A DNA stretch of 63,988 bases, counting the filler, from Octopus bimaculoides (taxonomy: Eukaryota), in the NCBI RefSeq assembly GCF_001194135.2. It is 5 parts of 4 records of this genome, joined end to end, with 100 filler letters (N's around TTAATTAATTAA, not from the genome) between each part and the next. Parts side by side here need not be neighbours in the genome. Positions count along the whole stretch, not along the records: positions 1 to 18,499 come from NC_068983.1; 4 more parts are not named here. One strand, written 5' to 3'. The position numbers were made by a program, and so were the translations under genes. Under the pieces are notes generated by a model. That model searched no databases. It was not told where the DNA came from and saw only the letters and a program-made list of their open reading frames with translations. Shown here piece by piece: positions 1 through 11,939 of this stretch. Within the stretch, counting starts at the first letter, position 1, and each line of letters opens with the position of its first letter.

Positions 1-50
<50 letters not shown>

Positions 51-664
51 TATATATACATACATACATACATACCCACACATATACATATATAAAATAA
101 CGGTTGCAGCTGTGCGCAATATAAAACCAAAAGGGAAAAATTCAGTTGTCACTATCTGTGACTGAGAGTGCCGAGTAGAACCTATATAATGCTATAAATA
201 AGAGCTAAAAACCCTTAGAGCCGCAAGATCCCACATTTTCATAAACTGACCAGGAAGATAACCGCCCCACAACGAAGCTAGATCACTATACAAGACTAGT
301 TTGTCCTGAAAATTACAAGCTCCTCAGCAGTGACTACTCCATCGCCGGACGGTTTGGCTAAATCCTGATACTCAGTATTTATTTGCCATAAGAATTTATG
401 GCTGACGCAGCAAAACGCTAATGTGAAAATTATAAAATAACAAAGGCAGCTATACCCACAGCACATTATATTACTATAAGTAATTACTTTTCATATAACA
501 GGGTTACTCTAAGTGTTATATATGGAGGTATTTTAGATTGTTTGTGGTAAATAGCTACTGAATTGCCTACGTGACAAATCAGTAGTTCATATGACTTTAG
601 AAAAAACTTATTTTATACATATTGTTTGTTTTGCTCTGTTTATGTTTTTGTTTTGTTTTGCTAG

Positions 665-716
665 ATTGTTGAAACTCCACTCAGCGTAATCGTATAACTG
701 ATGGCACAATCAACAG
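665..716 (+). other. Candidate short spliced exon (5' UTR-like, contains ATG at 701)
   Basis: Long T-rich tract ending ttttgctag at 664; donor caacag|gtaatc at 716/717; stops in all three frames upstream of ATG 701 (MAQST...). Confidence 0.4.
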
Positions 717-943
717 GTAATCTACAGGTGTATGGTTTGATTACTATGTTTTTTTGTTTGCCTTATCTTAGCACCAATTGCAAGCATTATTTGCTTCAGG
801 ATTCACTGTTCATATAAACAAATTATTTTAAGTTCTCGAAGTTTCTAGATAAAACATACATATACATACATAGACACATATTCATATATGTGTGTGTGTG
901 TGTGTGTGCGTGTGTACGTGTGTATATAAAATATAATATTATA

Positions 944-1209
944 TTCTTTTATTCTTTTTACTTCTTTCAGTCATTTGACTGCGGCCATGTTGGAGCACCG
1001 CTTTTAGCCGAGCAAATCGATCCCAGGGCTTATTCTTTGTAAGCCTAGTACTTATTCTATCGGTCTCTTTTGCTGAACCGCTAAGTTACGCGGAAGTAAA
1101 CGCACCAGCATCGGTTGTCAAACGATGTTGGGGATCAAACACAAATATACAAACATACACACACACACACATACATACATACATACATACATACATACAT
1201 ACATACATA
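944..1209 (-). mobile_element. SINE family B, 3' half with internal (CATA)n
   Basis: Matches other copies in the window (cagtcatttgactgcggccatg...gtcaaacgatg), e.g. 10568-10978 and 59287-59670. Confidence 0.85.
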
Positions 1210-1369
1210 CAGGGGTTGGACAAAATAATGGAGACACCTTAAAATTTCAAACAAATTTACTTTAATATGGGGTAGGACCGCCTTTGGCAGTAATTACACC
1301 TTGAATTCTACAAGGTATGGACTCGTACAAAGTTTGAATTGTTTCCAAAGGAATTTTGTCCTGCCATAC
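1210..1369 (-). mobile_element. Tc1-like (DD34E) transposon 3' end, truncated by gap
   Basis: TA|CAGGGGTTGGACAAAATAATGG terminus; reverse complement of 18890-19041; encodes IPLETIQTLYESIPCRIQGVITAKGGPTPY*. Confidence 0.85.
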
Positions 1370-2337
1370 NNNNNNNNNNNNNNNNNNNNNNNNNNNNNNN
1401 NNNNNNNNNNNNNNNNNNNNNNNNNNNNNNNNNNNNNNNNNNNNNNNNNNNNNNNNNNNNNNNNNNNNNNNNNNNNNNNNNNNNNNNNNNNNNNNNNNNN
1501 NNNNNNNNNNNNNNNNNNNNNNNNNNNNNNNNNNNNNNNNNNNNNNNNNNNNNNNNNNNNNNNNNNNNNNNNNNNNNNNNNNNNNNNNNNNNNNNNNNNN
1601 NNNNNNNNNNNNNNNNNNNNNNNNNNNNNNNNNNNNNNNNNNNNNNNNNNNNNNNNNNNNNNNNNNNNNNNNNNNNNNNNNNNNNNNNNNNNNNNNNNNN
1701 NNNNNNNNNNNNNNNNNNNNNNNNNNNNNNNNNNNNNNNNNNNNNNNNNNNNNNNNNNNNNNNNNNNNNNNNNNNNNNNNNNNNNNNNNNNNNNNNNNNN
1801 NNNNNNNNNNNNNNNNNNNNNNNNNNNNNNNNNNNNNNNNNNNNNNNNNNNNNNNNNNNNNNNNNNNNNNNNNNNNNNNNNNNNNNNNNNNNNNNNNNNN
1901 NNNNNNNNNNNNNNNNNNNNNNNNNNNNNNNNNNNNNNNNNNNNNNNNNNNNNNNNNNNNNNNNNNNNNNNNNNNNNNNNNNNNNNNNNNNNNNNNNNNN
2001 NNNNNNNNNNNNNNNNNNNNNNNNNNNNNNNNNNNNNNNNNNNNNNNNNNNNNNNNNNNNNNNNNNNNNNNNNNNNNNNNNNNNNNNNNNNNNNNNNNNN
2101 NNNNNNNNNNNNNNNNNNNNNNNNNNNNNNNNNNNNNNNNNNNNNNNNNNNNNNNNNNNNNNNNNNNNNNNNNNNNNNNNNNNNNNNNNNNNNNNNNNNN
2201 NNNNNNNNNNNNNNNNNNNNNNNNNNNNNNNNNNNNNNNNNNNNNTATATACACTGGCATTCCGTCGGTTACGACGACGACATATATATATGTGTGTGTG
2301 TGTGCGTGTGTGTGTGTGCGTGTGTGTGCATGCAGCA

Positions 2338-2380
<43 letters not shown>

Positions 2381-2904
2381 TATGCATGTGCACACACACA
2401 CACACAGTGTCTCATACACACACACGCACACACACACACACATACGCATATATATCGTAGTAATAACAATTATCCTTGGATGGAATTTATAAACATTTAA
2501 GGCATCGCTCCGCGCGTTTCTATAAATCACATGTCTCTGGGGTGATTACAACGTAGGCCGTAGTATTCCTGGACTTCGGGTTGATCATCTTAATGCCTTA
2601 ATTTCTTCAGGTGATATAACATTAATGGATGTTTAACAGAGAGATGTGTATCCCTTTTGACCAGTGCGAAGGTTGATTGAGTTATGTGTGTATTTGGTGG
2701 GGAGGAGGGGAAGATAATGGAAAAAGAGGAAGGAATGGTAGTAATATAGGGGCAGGTGTGTGTGATGATGTTGGACTCAATTTGCTATTCAGTCTGCAGA
2801 TGTCAAGAATGGGTAGTACGTTCCTTTGTTCGATCTCATTTAAGGCGTGACTGTCTTCATTGACTTCTGAAGTAAACAGATCTTTTACTTGTTTCACTCA
2901 TTTC

Positions 2905-3080
2905 TCAGCGGCATTTCGTCTATCTTTACGCTCTGAGTTAAATTCTGCTGAGATCGATTTCCCCTTTCATCCTTTGGGCGTCGATAAAATAAGTACCAGT
3001 TGATCACTGGGATCAATGCAATCGACTTCGCCCCTCCCCCGAAATTGTTGGTCTTGTGCCAAAATTTGAAGCCATTATGT
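2905..3080 (+). mobile_element. SINE family A (tail type 2)
   Basis: Core ctttcatcctttgggcgtcgataaaataagtaccag; tail ...ttgtgccaaaatttgaagccattat. Confidence 0.8.
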
Positions 3081-3307
3081 AAATATTGACGTTTTATCTA
3101 CATCAGCAACAAGAAGCTTCTTACCAAAGTTTCAACTCGACCTTTCGCGACTTCTGTCTCATATTGTGAGATTAAGCATCCGCTTAACTTCACAATTTAA
3201 GCAAAGAGAGTTCAGTTTAAAGTTATGAAGTGCAAGCTTGTGCTGTCCATAAGTTCAACTGTCTTAGCGTTGTCGTTACGTGAAGTTTATATAGTATTAC
3301 GTCATTC

Positions 3308-3541
3308 TTATTTCTTTATTGCCCATAAGGGGCCAAACATAGAGGGGACAAACAAGGACAGACAAACGGATTAAGTCGATTACATCGACCCTAGTGCATA
3401 ACTGGTACTTAATTTATCGACCCCGAAAGGATGAAAGGCAAAGTCGACCTCGGCGGAATTTGAACTCAGAACGTAACGGCAGTCGAAATACCGCTAAGCA
3501 TTTCGCCCGGTGTGCTAACGATTCTGCCAACTCGCCGCCTT
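3308..3541 (-). mobile_element. SINE family A, full length (tail type 1)
   Basis: Reverse complement closely matches 42864-43100. Confidence 0.9.
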
Positions 3542-4373
3542 GTATTACGTTATTCTATCTACTCGGGTCTTCTACCACTCTGACAAACACAGAAAGAAAC
3601 GTTCGACCAATTTCTAACCCTTCTACAAACAAATGAAAAAAAAAAACGGAGTAACTTTCAGTTTGCAACCAAAATCTATATTCTATGGCCTTTGTGATTA
3701 AGGTTGAAAGGTGGCTACAATATATGCAAGTTAAACGTCGTCCGAAATACACCGCATTTGTAATAGGGTTATGTTGTCATCGTCACTGTTGATGCTGAGG
3801 TCATCGATGCTTTTGTTCTTTTATCATTGATCAAATATAAATTTCAATCGTTGTTTATATTTGTTTGTGTTCCTCTCCACATTGAACAATTTCTCTCCCT
3901 CCGCTTCTCCACTCTCTTTCCCTCCTCGCTCCCCCTCTCTCACTCTCTCTCTCTCCTCATTCTCCCCCTCTCTCCCTCTTTATTCTTTTCTACACTCATT
4001 CTGTTTCTTTCTTTCTCGCCCACGCTCCCACATTTATTTTCCTTTACACTCATTCTTTTATGCTCAGTTTCACAATCTTCTTTTAATCTCTTTGAGTTCT
4101 ACTCACCCTATAACTCTTCATTTTATTCTTCTTTCTTACACTCTAAGTGTATATGCGCATAATTGTATGTATGTATGTATGTATGTATGTACGTATGTAT
4201 GTATTTATGTATTTATATGTGTGCATGTATGTGTGTCTGTATTATATATATATATATATATATACATACATATTCTTTATTTGCGGGTTAACAAGTCAAC
4301 TAATGATTTCATGTAAACAGTTGTTGGTAGCGTATATGTGAGTGTGCGGGCGGGCGTGAATGTGTGTGTGTGC

Positions 4374-4415
<42 letters not shown>

Positions 4416-5384
4416 NNNNNNNNNNNNNNNNNNNNNNNNNNNNNNNNNNNNNNNNNNNNNNNNNNNNNNNNNNNNNNNNNNNNNNNNNNNNNNNNNNNNN
4501 NNNNNNNNNNNNNNNNNNNNNNNNNNNNNNNNNNNNNNNNNNNNNNNNNNNNNNNNNNNNNNNNNNNNNNNNNNNNNNNNNNNNNNNNNNNNNNNNNNNN
4601 NNNNNNNNNNNNNNNNNNNNNNNNNNNNNNNNNNNNNNNNNNNNNNNNNNNNNNNNNNNNNNNNNNNNNNNNNNNNNNNNNNNNNNNNNNNNNNNNNNNN
4701 NNNNNNNNNNNNNNNNNNNNNNNNNNNNNNNNNNNNNNNNNNNNNNNNNNNNNNNNNNNNNNNNNNNNNNNNNNNNNNNNNNNNNNNNNNNNNNNNNNNN
4801 NNNNNNNNNNNNNNNNNNNNNNNNNNNNNNNNNNNNNNNNNNNNNNNNNNNNNNNNNNNNNNNNNNNNNNNNNNNNNNNNNNNNNNNNNNNNNNNNNNNN
4901 NNNNNNNNNNNNNNNNNNNNNNNNNNNNNNNNNNNNNNNNNNNNNNNNNNNNNNNNNNNNNNNNNNNNNNNNNNNNNNNNNNNNNNNNNNNNNNNNNNNN
5001 NNNNNNNNNNNNNNNNNNNNNNNNNNNNNNNNNNNNNNNNNNNNNNNNNNNNNNNNNNNNNNNNNNNNNNNNNNNNNNNNNNNNNNNNNNNNNNNNNNNN
5101 NNNNNNNNNNNNNNNNNNNNNNNNNNNNNNNNNNNNNNNNNNNNNNNNNNNNNNNNNNNNNNNNNNNNNNNNNNNNNNNNNNNNNNNNNNNNNNNNNNNN
5201 NNNNNNNNNNNNNNNNNNNNNNNNNNNNNNNNNNNNNNNNNNNNNNNNNNNNNNNNNNNNNNNNNNNNNNNNNNNNNNNNNNNNNNNNNNNNNNNNNNNN
5301 NNNNNNNNNNNNNNNNNNNNNNNNNNNNNNNNNNNNNNNNNNNNNNNNNNNNNTATATATATATATATATATATATATGTACTT

Positions 5385-5600
5385 GTTTGTGTATCTGTTT
5401 GTTTCCTCAGCATCGCTTGACAACCGATGCTGGTGTGTTTACGTTCCCGTCACTTAGCGGTTCGGCAACAGACGCCGATAGAATAAGTACTAGGCTTATT
5501 CTATTCCTGGAGTCTATTTACTCGACTAAAGGCGGTGCTCCAGCATGGCCGCAGTCAAATGATTGAAACAAATAAAAAAAAGAAAGAATAAAAGAATATA
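5385..5600 (+). mobile_element. SINE family B, 3' half
   Basis: catcgcttgacaaccgatgctggtg...gcagtcaaatgattgaaac. Confidence 0.85.
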
Positions 5601-6354
5601 TATCCCTATATATGTATGTGTGTTTGTGTGTGTGTGCGTTTGTCTGTGTGTATGTGTGTATGTGGTGTGAGTGTTTATATCATCAAGCCTAACCGTGTTT
5701 GCCTATATCACTATCTCCATCCCAACTAACCAAAGTCTATGTGAATTAAACAATTAAAAGACTGGAGAAAGTTATCTTAGATTCACATATGTGCGTGTGT
5801 GAGAATACAATGTGTGTGTGTGTGCGTTCGTGCGCGTGTGTCTGTGTGTGTGTGTATGTACGTGTATGTGTTTGTGTATATATACGTAATATATATATGC
5901 ATATATGCACACACACACGTGTGTGTCAGCGCTAACGCGCTCGCGCGAGCGTGTGTGTGGTAGATGTAACAAAATTTATCGAAATTTAACAAACCTTCTT
6001 CCGAAGCATTGCGTTATTTTCGGCGATAATAAATTTCTTCAGCCGGTGTTGATTGAAGCAGTTTTTCGCTTTGCTGCCCAATAATTTTTTTTCAGTTTGT
6101 AGTAAGTACTCTATACACTATCATCATCACGATGAATGAAAGAAAGACCTACTCATTTATGCTAATGACTATTGTATTGACCTAGAAATTTTTTAATTGG
6201 TACCATTACTCGTAATATTTTTCGTAAGATTTGTAAATGGATTGAACTACTTTTCTAAAACGAAGATAGGCAATCCCGATGAACCGATAACCAAGCAAAA
6301 ACTAATCAAACTTTGTTTGCATATAAAGCATTGTAATTTAACAAGTGGCTACAT

Positions 6355-6690
6355 AGGCGCTGGCCTGGCTGAGTGGTAAGAGGTTTGCTTCATAGCAAGA
6401 TGATTCTGGGTTCAGTCCCATGGCATAGCAAGTGTACTCTATTATAACCTCGCGCCAGCCAAAGCTTTGTAAGTGGATTTGGTGGACGGAAACTATGTTT
6501 ATGTATGTGTGTGTTTCTGTTTATTAGTACCCCCACCGACAAGTGTTGGTATATTTATGTCCCCGTAGCGGATCGGCCCAAGATACCGCTTAACAAAAAA
6601 GGCTTAACAAAAAAAATTCTTCCACTATAAGTTCTTCAAGACGGTGCCCCGGCATGGCTGCAGTCTAAGAACTGAAACAAGTATAAGCAG
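6355..6690 (+). mobile_element. SINE family B, diverged full length
   Basis: tRNA-like head ggctgagtggtaag...ggttcagtccca; tail gctgcagtctaagaactgaaacaagta. Confidence 0.7.
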
Positions 6691-6869
6691 TATGTATATA
6701 TGCCTTTTTTTTTTTCTTCGCTTGCTGTATATGGCACTAGTATCTGCATCTGGAAAGTCACACTCAGATCTTAAAATCACGTGCTGGAACGTATGTGTCC
6801 TTTTAGATGTGCCATGATCCGTTCACCCTGAGCGCTGTACCGCTTTTATATATAGTGAATTGCCTCGAT

Positions 6870-7880
6870 ATAGCTGCACTCTCAGGAACAAGGATTTGCG
6901 ATGACAGCCAGTCAGAAGAACCAGTTTGGCTACACCATATTTGACAAGGTTTAGGTCAGACAATTTACGTCGAGAAGAAGCTGGTATTAGCTTCACTGTT
7001 AAAACTCACTTAGTGCAACATTTGACAGAGCTTTCTCATGGTTTCTCTAAACGTAGACTGACACTGCGGTTGCAACTTAGCTCGAAGCAATTCATGACAG
7101 TGATTAGCTTTTATGCGCCAACTTTTGTCAGTCCCTGGAATGAAATAAGTAGCTTTTATGGAGATTTGAGAACAATTCTGAGGACTGTTGATAAGAAAAA
7201 CAAACTTGTACTTTTCGAGGAACTAAATGCTCGTGTTGGGCGTGATTCTGAACTTTGGAGTTGCATGGCAAGTCACAGATTGGGGAAGCATAACGCAGAT
7301 GGGCCATTCCTATTACAGTTGTGTCAGGAGTTAGACCTAGTGATAACCAATACTTAGTTCAAACAAAAATGGTAAGCATAAGGCTACTTGGAAGAATCCA
7401 AGATCAGGTCACTAGAACATTCTCGATTATGTAATTATCCAAAGAAAAGACTTACCAGATGTAAAATCTGTCCGGTACATGCCTGCCCGCCTGCCCGCCT
7501 GCCTGCCTGCCTGGCGATCACTGTCCGTAAAAGGCTGAGGTGTGGCTGTACCAAGGCATTTAAGCAGATTAATATTCCTAAATTAAATTTCGCTGAAAAG
7601 CTTGGACAATATCAAAAAGTAGTTCAAGCAATCGATCTAAATCACAACGGAGATCTATGTGTAGGTTTTAGTAAACAGCTCTATTAAGCTTTTTCCACTA
7701 CGCTGACATTTTTTGGAAGAAAACACCGGGTGAACGAAGGACTTGCGACAAATCTGTTGGAAGAGAAAAAGCGGCTGTCGCTCTCTTGTTCACTGCCGGG
7801 ACATGAAGAGGAGAAAGATTTTAAAGATGACAAGACTAAGGTCCAGCGAAAGTTGACGACAGCAAAGGAACTGTGGTGAA
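6870..7880 (+). mobile_element. RTE-type LINE remnant, AP endonuclease region (disrupted)
   Basis: AGISFTVKT...TVISFYAPT...FYGDL...ELNARVGRD...LLQLCQELDLVITNT, typical of RTE endonuclease; stops and frameshifts. Confidence 0.85.
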
Positions 7881-8128
7881 GAAAAAAAACCTGCGAAATT
7901 CAGGTATCCATTTAAACTTGAGTGAAATGAATCTAAGAAGTTGTATTACTCGGTCACGAGTCGACTTCGACCATAGATGTGTGTTTTGTTATTTTTTACT
8001 TTTAATGTTCCATTTGACTACACACACACATACGCATTCCACATATAAACTCACACACAAATCACAAGAATACATATACATGCACATACATACATATAAA
8101 CATAAATATACAGCGTACAGATATGCTA

Positions 8129-8190
<62 letters not shown>

Positions 8191-8569
8191 NNNNNNNNNN
8201 NNNNNNNNNNNNNNNNNNNNNNNNNNNNNNNNNNNNNNNNNNNNNNNNNNNNNNNNNNNNNNNNNNNNNNNNNNNNNNNNNNNNNNNNNNNNNNNNNNNN
8301 NNNNNNNNNNNNNNNNNNNNNNNNNNNNNNNNNNNNNNNNNNNNNNNNNNNNNNNNNNNNNNNNNNNNNNNNNNNNNNNNNNNNNNNNNNNNNNNNNNNN
8401 NNNNNNNNNNNNNNNNNNNNNNNNNNNNNNNNNNNNNNNNNNNNNNNNNNNNNNNNNNNNNNNNNNNNNNNNNNNNNNNNNNNNNNNNNNNNNNNATATA
8501 TATATATATATAAAGTGATATAGTCCGAAGGTGGTAAGATTACAATGCTAGTTATCGCTCTAATTGTAG

Positions 8570-8790
8570 GCTTGAACTAGAAAGGGTTCCAAGATGACGA
8601 AAGCAAAATCGACATAAGTGAAACACAACACAGGAAGAAGACTAGCAGACGGTGACTTCAAATGCAATCGCTTCAGCCAGGGAAGTCACTCTTCTTTGAG
8701 TCTCTGGAATCATGGCAGACGCTGGTCTGCCAACAAGATGGGAAGAAGACACAGGACACAGATACATAGTTTCTCGAGACTAATGGGGAC
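8570..8790 (+). mobile_element. RTE LINE 3' end remnant
   Basis: Degenerate C-terminal Zn motif FKCNRFSQGSHSSLSLWNHGRRWS and 3' tail catagtttctcgagactaatgg. Confidence 0.5.
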
Positions 8791-9279
8791 CTTCTATATT
8801 AGTAAGAATTCATTGTATCGCTAAACGCGATCTCCAAGCAATTATCAGACAACAAATTCAACCAGTTCATAAAATATCCGTAACCTATATGGGTGTTTCT
8901 GGTATTACATTACGGATTCGAAGTTATAAGAAGCATAACACGATACACATAATATTGTTGTGGAGGAGTTATTTCTTTATGGCATTCACATCTAGAATAT
9001 GAAAGACAAAATAAAATAGGGTGAATTCCATAAAAATGACTAAGGAAAGAAGTTTCTAAATGGAAATTAGTGTAAAAGTTAAATAAATAAAAAATATATA
9101 TGGCATTATTGTTAAAAGTTAGTGTCTATTTTTGACAAAGAGCACATTATTATATGATTCAGGAGTGAGATTTGTAGTCAAAACTGTAAAGGGAAATAGA
9201 GTGTGATTGTTCCTGGGAAATAGTTATGCTTCGGTCCATTCTGGCATATAGAAATGAGTATAAAAATATAAGGATTGAA

Positions 9280-9506
9280 ACTATCAATATTGGCTTTCAA
9301 TTTTGGTTCAAGGACAATAAGTTCGACGGATAAAGTAAGTCGATTATATCGACCCCAGTGCTCAACTGGTACTTATTTTAATGACCTCGAAAGGATGAAA
9401 AGAAAATTCGACCTCAGCGGAATTTGAACTGAAAACGTTAAGATGGACGAAGTGCTGTTAAGCGTTTTACACAGTGTGCTAAAGATTCAGCCAGCTTGCC
9501 GCCTTG
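9280..9506 (-). mobile_element. SINE family A (tail type 2)
   Basis: ggtacttattttaatgacctcgaaaggatgaaa...gccagcttgccgcctt. Confidence 0.8.
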
Positions 9507-9764
9507 ATAAAAAATAACAATATTACTAAATACACTTGACAGTTAGTCAAAAGCAGGAAAATACTAGTTTGGCTGAGCTGTTCATAAGAGGAAGTTCTGA
9601 CTATTACCATGATGTCTGTTCAACATGGCAAAGCTTGATATGTATGTTTATTAAGCGTACGCATGTGAACTTAGTATAACCTTAAAATACAGTGTTGGTA
9701 TTTTAGTTAAATATCTGTGTTTGTGTGTGTTAACTCTACTGAAGATAAAGTAGAACAGCTGATG

Positions 9765-10397
9765 ACACCTTCTGAGGTAGGCCTCTGTGTTGAGTCTGAG
9801 GGCGAGTGGGAAGATAAATGGAGGCATAACGTCGCTATTACTAATGATCACTCCGAACATCATAATGGATGTTCGATTTTTATCACTCTCGGTACATGTT
9901 TTGGGGACAAATCAAGCCAACGGTTGTTCTGTGTGTTCAGCATCTGATCCTGACAGAAATTTTTCTCGTCTGAGAAAACCAAAACATGTTCGGTTGGAGA
10001 GGGTGCTTGAGTTTCTTCAAATGATTCGTAGCTCGGTTTTTCCGCTTGTCCTTGATGGTTTGGGATCAAAATTGGCCCTTTCTCATCTTGTATGAGGAAT
10101 ACCGAATGTCTTCACGCACTACCTGCTTGTTAAGAAAGTTAGATACTCCCATGTCCCTGACGATGGACCTGATTGACTTGGAAGGATCGTTGTTGATTAT
10201 GGCCGGGATCTCACCAACATATTCAGGAGTTCTTTTCTTATCAGAGTGAGTTTTCCGAGGTGCTGTACGTTTGTAATCACCATTAGCCTCATCCAACTGA
10301 CCCTACTATACTGTGTAGTTGACAAAATCAAAAACAAACAATGCGCATGTGCGAAATTAAAAATATAAAATGGTGACAATTTACTCATGGCACATTG
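9765..10397 (-). mobile_element. Tc1/mariner maT (DD37D-like) transposase remnant, 5' part
   Basis: RTPEYVGEI...DPSKSIRSIVRDMGVS...YKMRKGQF; FSDEKNFCQDQ...NTQNNRW; MMFGVI...VMPPFIFP; frameshifted; TA flank at 10398. Confidence 0.85.
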
Positions 10398-10567
10398 TAT
10401 GTATATATATATATATATNNNNNNNNNNNNNNNNNNNNNNNNNNNNNNNNNNNNNNNNNNNNNNNNNNNNNNNNNNNNNNNNNNNNNNNNNNNNNNNNNN
10501 NNNNNNNNNNNNNNNNNNNNNNNNNNNNNNNNNNNNNNNNNNNNNNNNNNNNNNNNNNNACATACAT

Positions 10568-10978
10568 ACTCTTTTACTTGTTTCAGTCATTTGACTGCCC
10601 CCATTCTGGAGCACCGCCTTTAGTCGAGCAAATCGACCCCAGGACTTATTCTTTGGAAGCCTAGTACTTATTCTATCGGTCTCTTTTGCCGAATCGCTAT
10701 GTTACGGGGACGTAAACACACTACCATCGGTTGTCAAGCGATGTTGCGGGGACAAACACAGACACATAAGCATATACACACACATACATATATATATATA
10801 TATACATATATACGACGGGCTGCTTTCAGTTTCCGTCTACCAAATCCACTCACAAGGCTTTGGTCGACCCGAGGCTATAGTAGAAGACACTTGCCCAAGG
10901 TGCCACGCAGTGGGAATGAACCCGGAACCATGTGGTTAGTAAGCAAGCTACTTACCACACAGCCACTCCTGCGCCTAT
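10568..10978 (-). mobile_element. SINE family B, full length with internal (TA/CA)n
   Basis: Head, central microsatellite and tail all align to 59287-59670. Confidence 0.9.
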
Positions 10979-11001
10979 TATATATATATATATATATATA
11001 T

Positions 11002-11034
<33 letters not shown>

Positions 11035-11041
<7 letters not shown>

Positions 11042-11372
11042 CAAAGACTCCCTTCGGTCTTGAATGACCCTGTGATTGCATCTAGAAAGTTACCCTCCGA
11101 GACACAAGTCCAGGCAAGGTTGTTTATGGAAGACCAGCAGTTACCCATGGATATCAGCCCCCCCTCTCCATGCCACCAATTTTATCCAAAGGAAAGGCAA
11201 GGGACGATACAATCTGGCACCAATGAAGTCGCAACTCATTTCTACAACTGAGTGATCTAGAGCAACGAGAAATAAAGTGTCTTGCTAAAGAACACGACAC
11301 ACAGCCCGGTCCGGAAATCGAACTCGTGATTGTGAGCCTGACGATCCAACCACTGAGCCATGCACCTTCACA
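11035..11372 (-). mobile_element. tRNA-derived SINE family D (CORE-like)
   Basis: Minus-strand A box (tggctcagtgg) and B box (gttcgatttcc), then ...tagcaagacacttta; (GAT)n tail at 11003-11034. Confidence 0.7.
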
Positions 11373-11373
11373 A

Positions 11374-11406
<33 letters not shown>

Positions 11407-11445
11407 CACTCACAGACACATGTATATAAATAAAAAGATAAATAA

Positions 11446-11496
<51 letters not shown>

Positions 11497-11939
11497 ATGA
11501 CACACGTGCTTTTCTCTGAAGTACTTGCTCCTTTCTCTTTTCCCTCCTCTCTGGACTTTTCCCTCTTACTGACGAAGATGAATGGTCGAAACATCACTGC
11601 CACTTCTATTTTTTCCATTTTAAACTCTCACTGAGTGTTAGTCTAATATATTCACAGTGTACGTCTAATTGACATTTGTTGTTTTTTCCTGTTTATTCTA
11701 TTCTTGATTTACTTATATATATATACACACACACAGCATGTTTATATACACTATGTTTATATTTTGCAGATACCAAAGCAAATGTGTAGTCGGCCAGACT
11801 TGAAATTACGATGGAAAATAAAGAACTGAATGCAATATAGAATTCTGAAGAAAGAAATATATATAGAAAGAGATAGAGATACATATACATCTATATATTT
11901 ACGCCTGTGTAAACGTTTAAACAGATTGCCCAAACCACC

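Noticed and set aside
225-370. Minus-strand EF-hand-like peptide GDGVVTAEEL
   Set aside because: Short, no usable acceptor, stop follows; probably chance or a decayed repeat end
1262-2500. Long ORFs of 330-580 aa here and at 4277-5566, 21957-24817, 47191-48036 and 55383-55935
   Set aside because: They consist of N runs (X) plus microsatellite translations (HTHT, CVCV, YIYI) and carry no coding evidence
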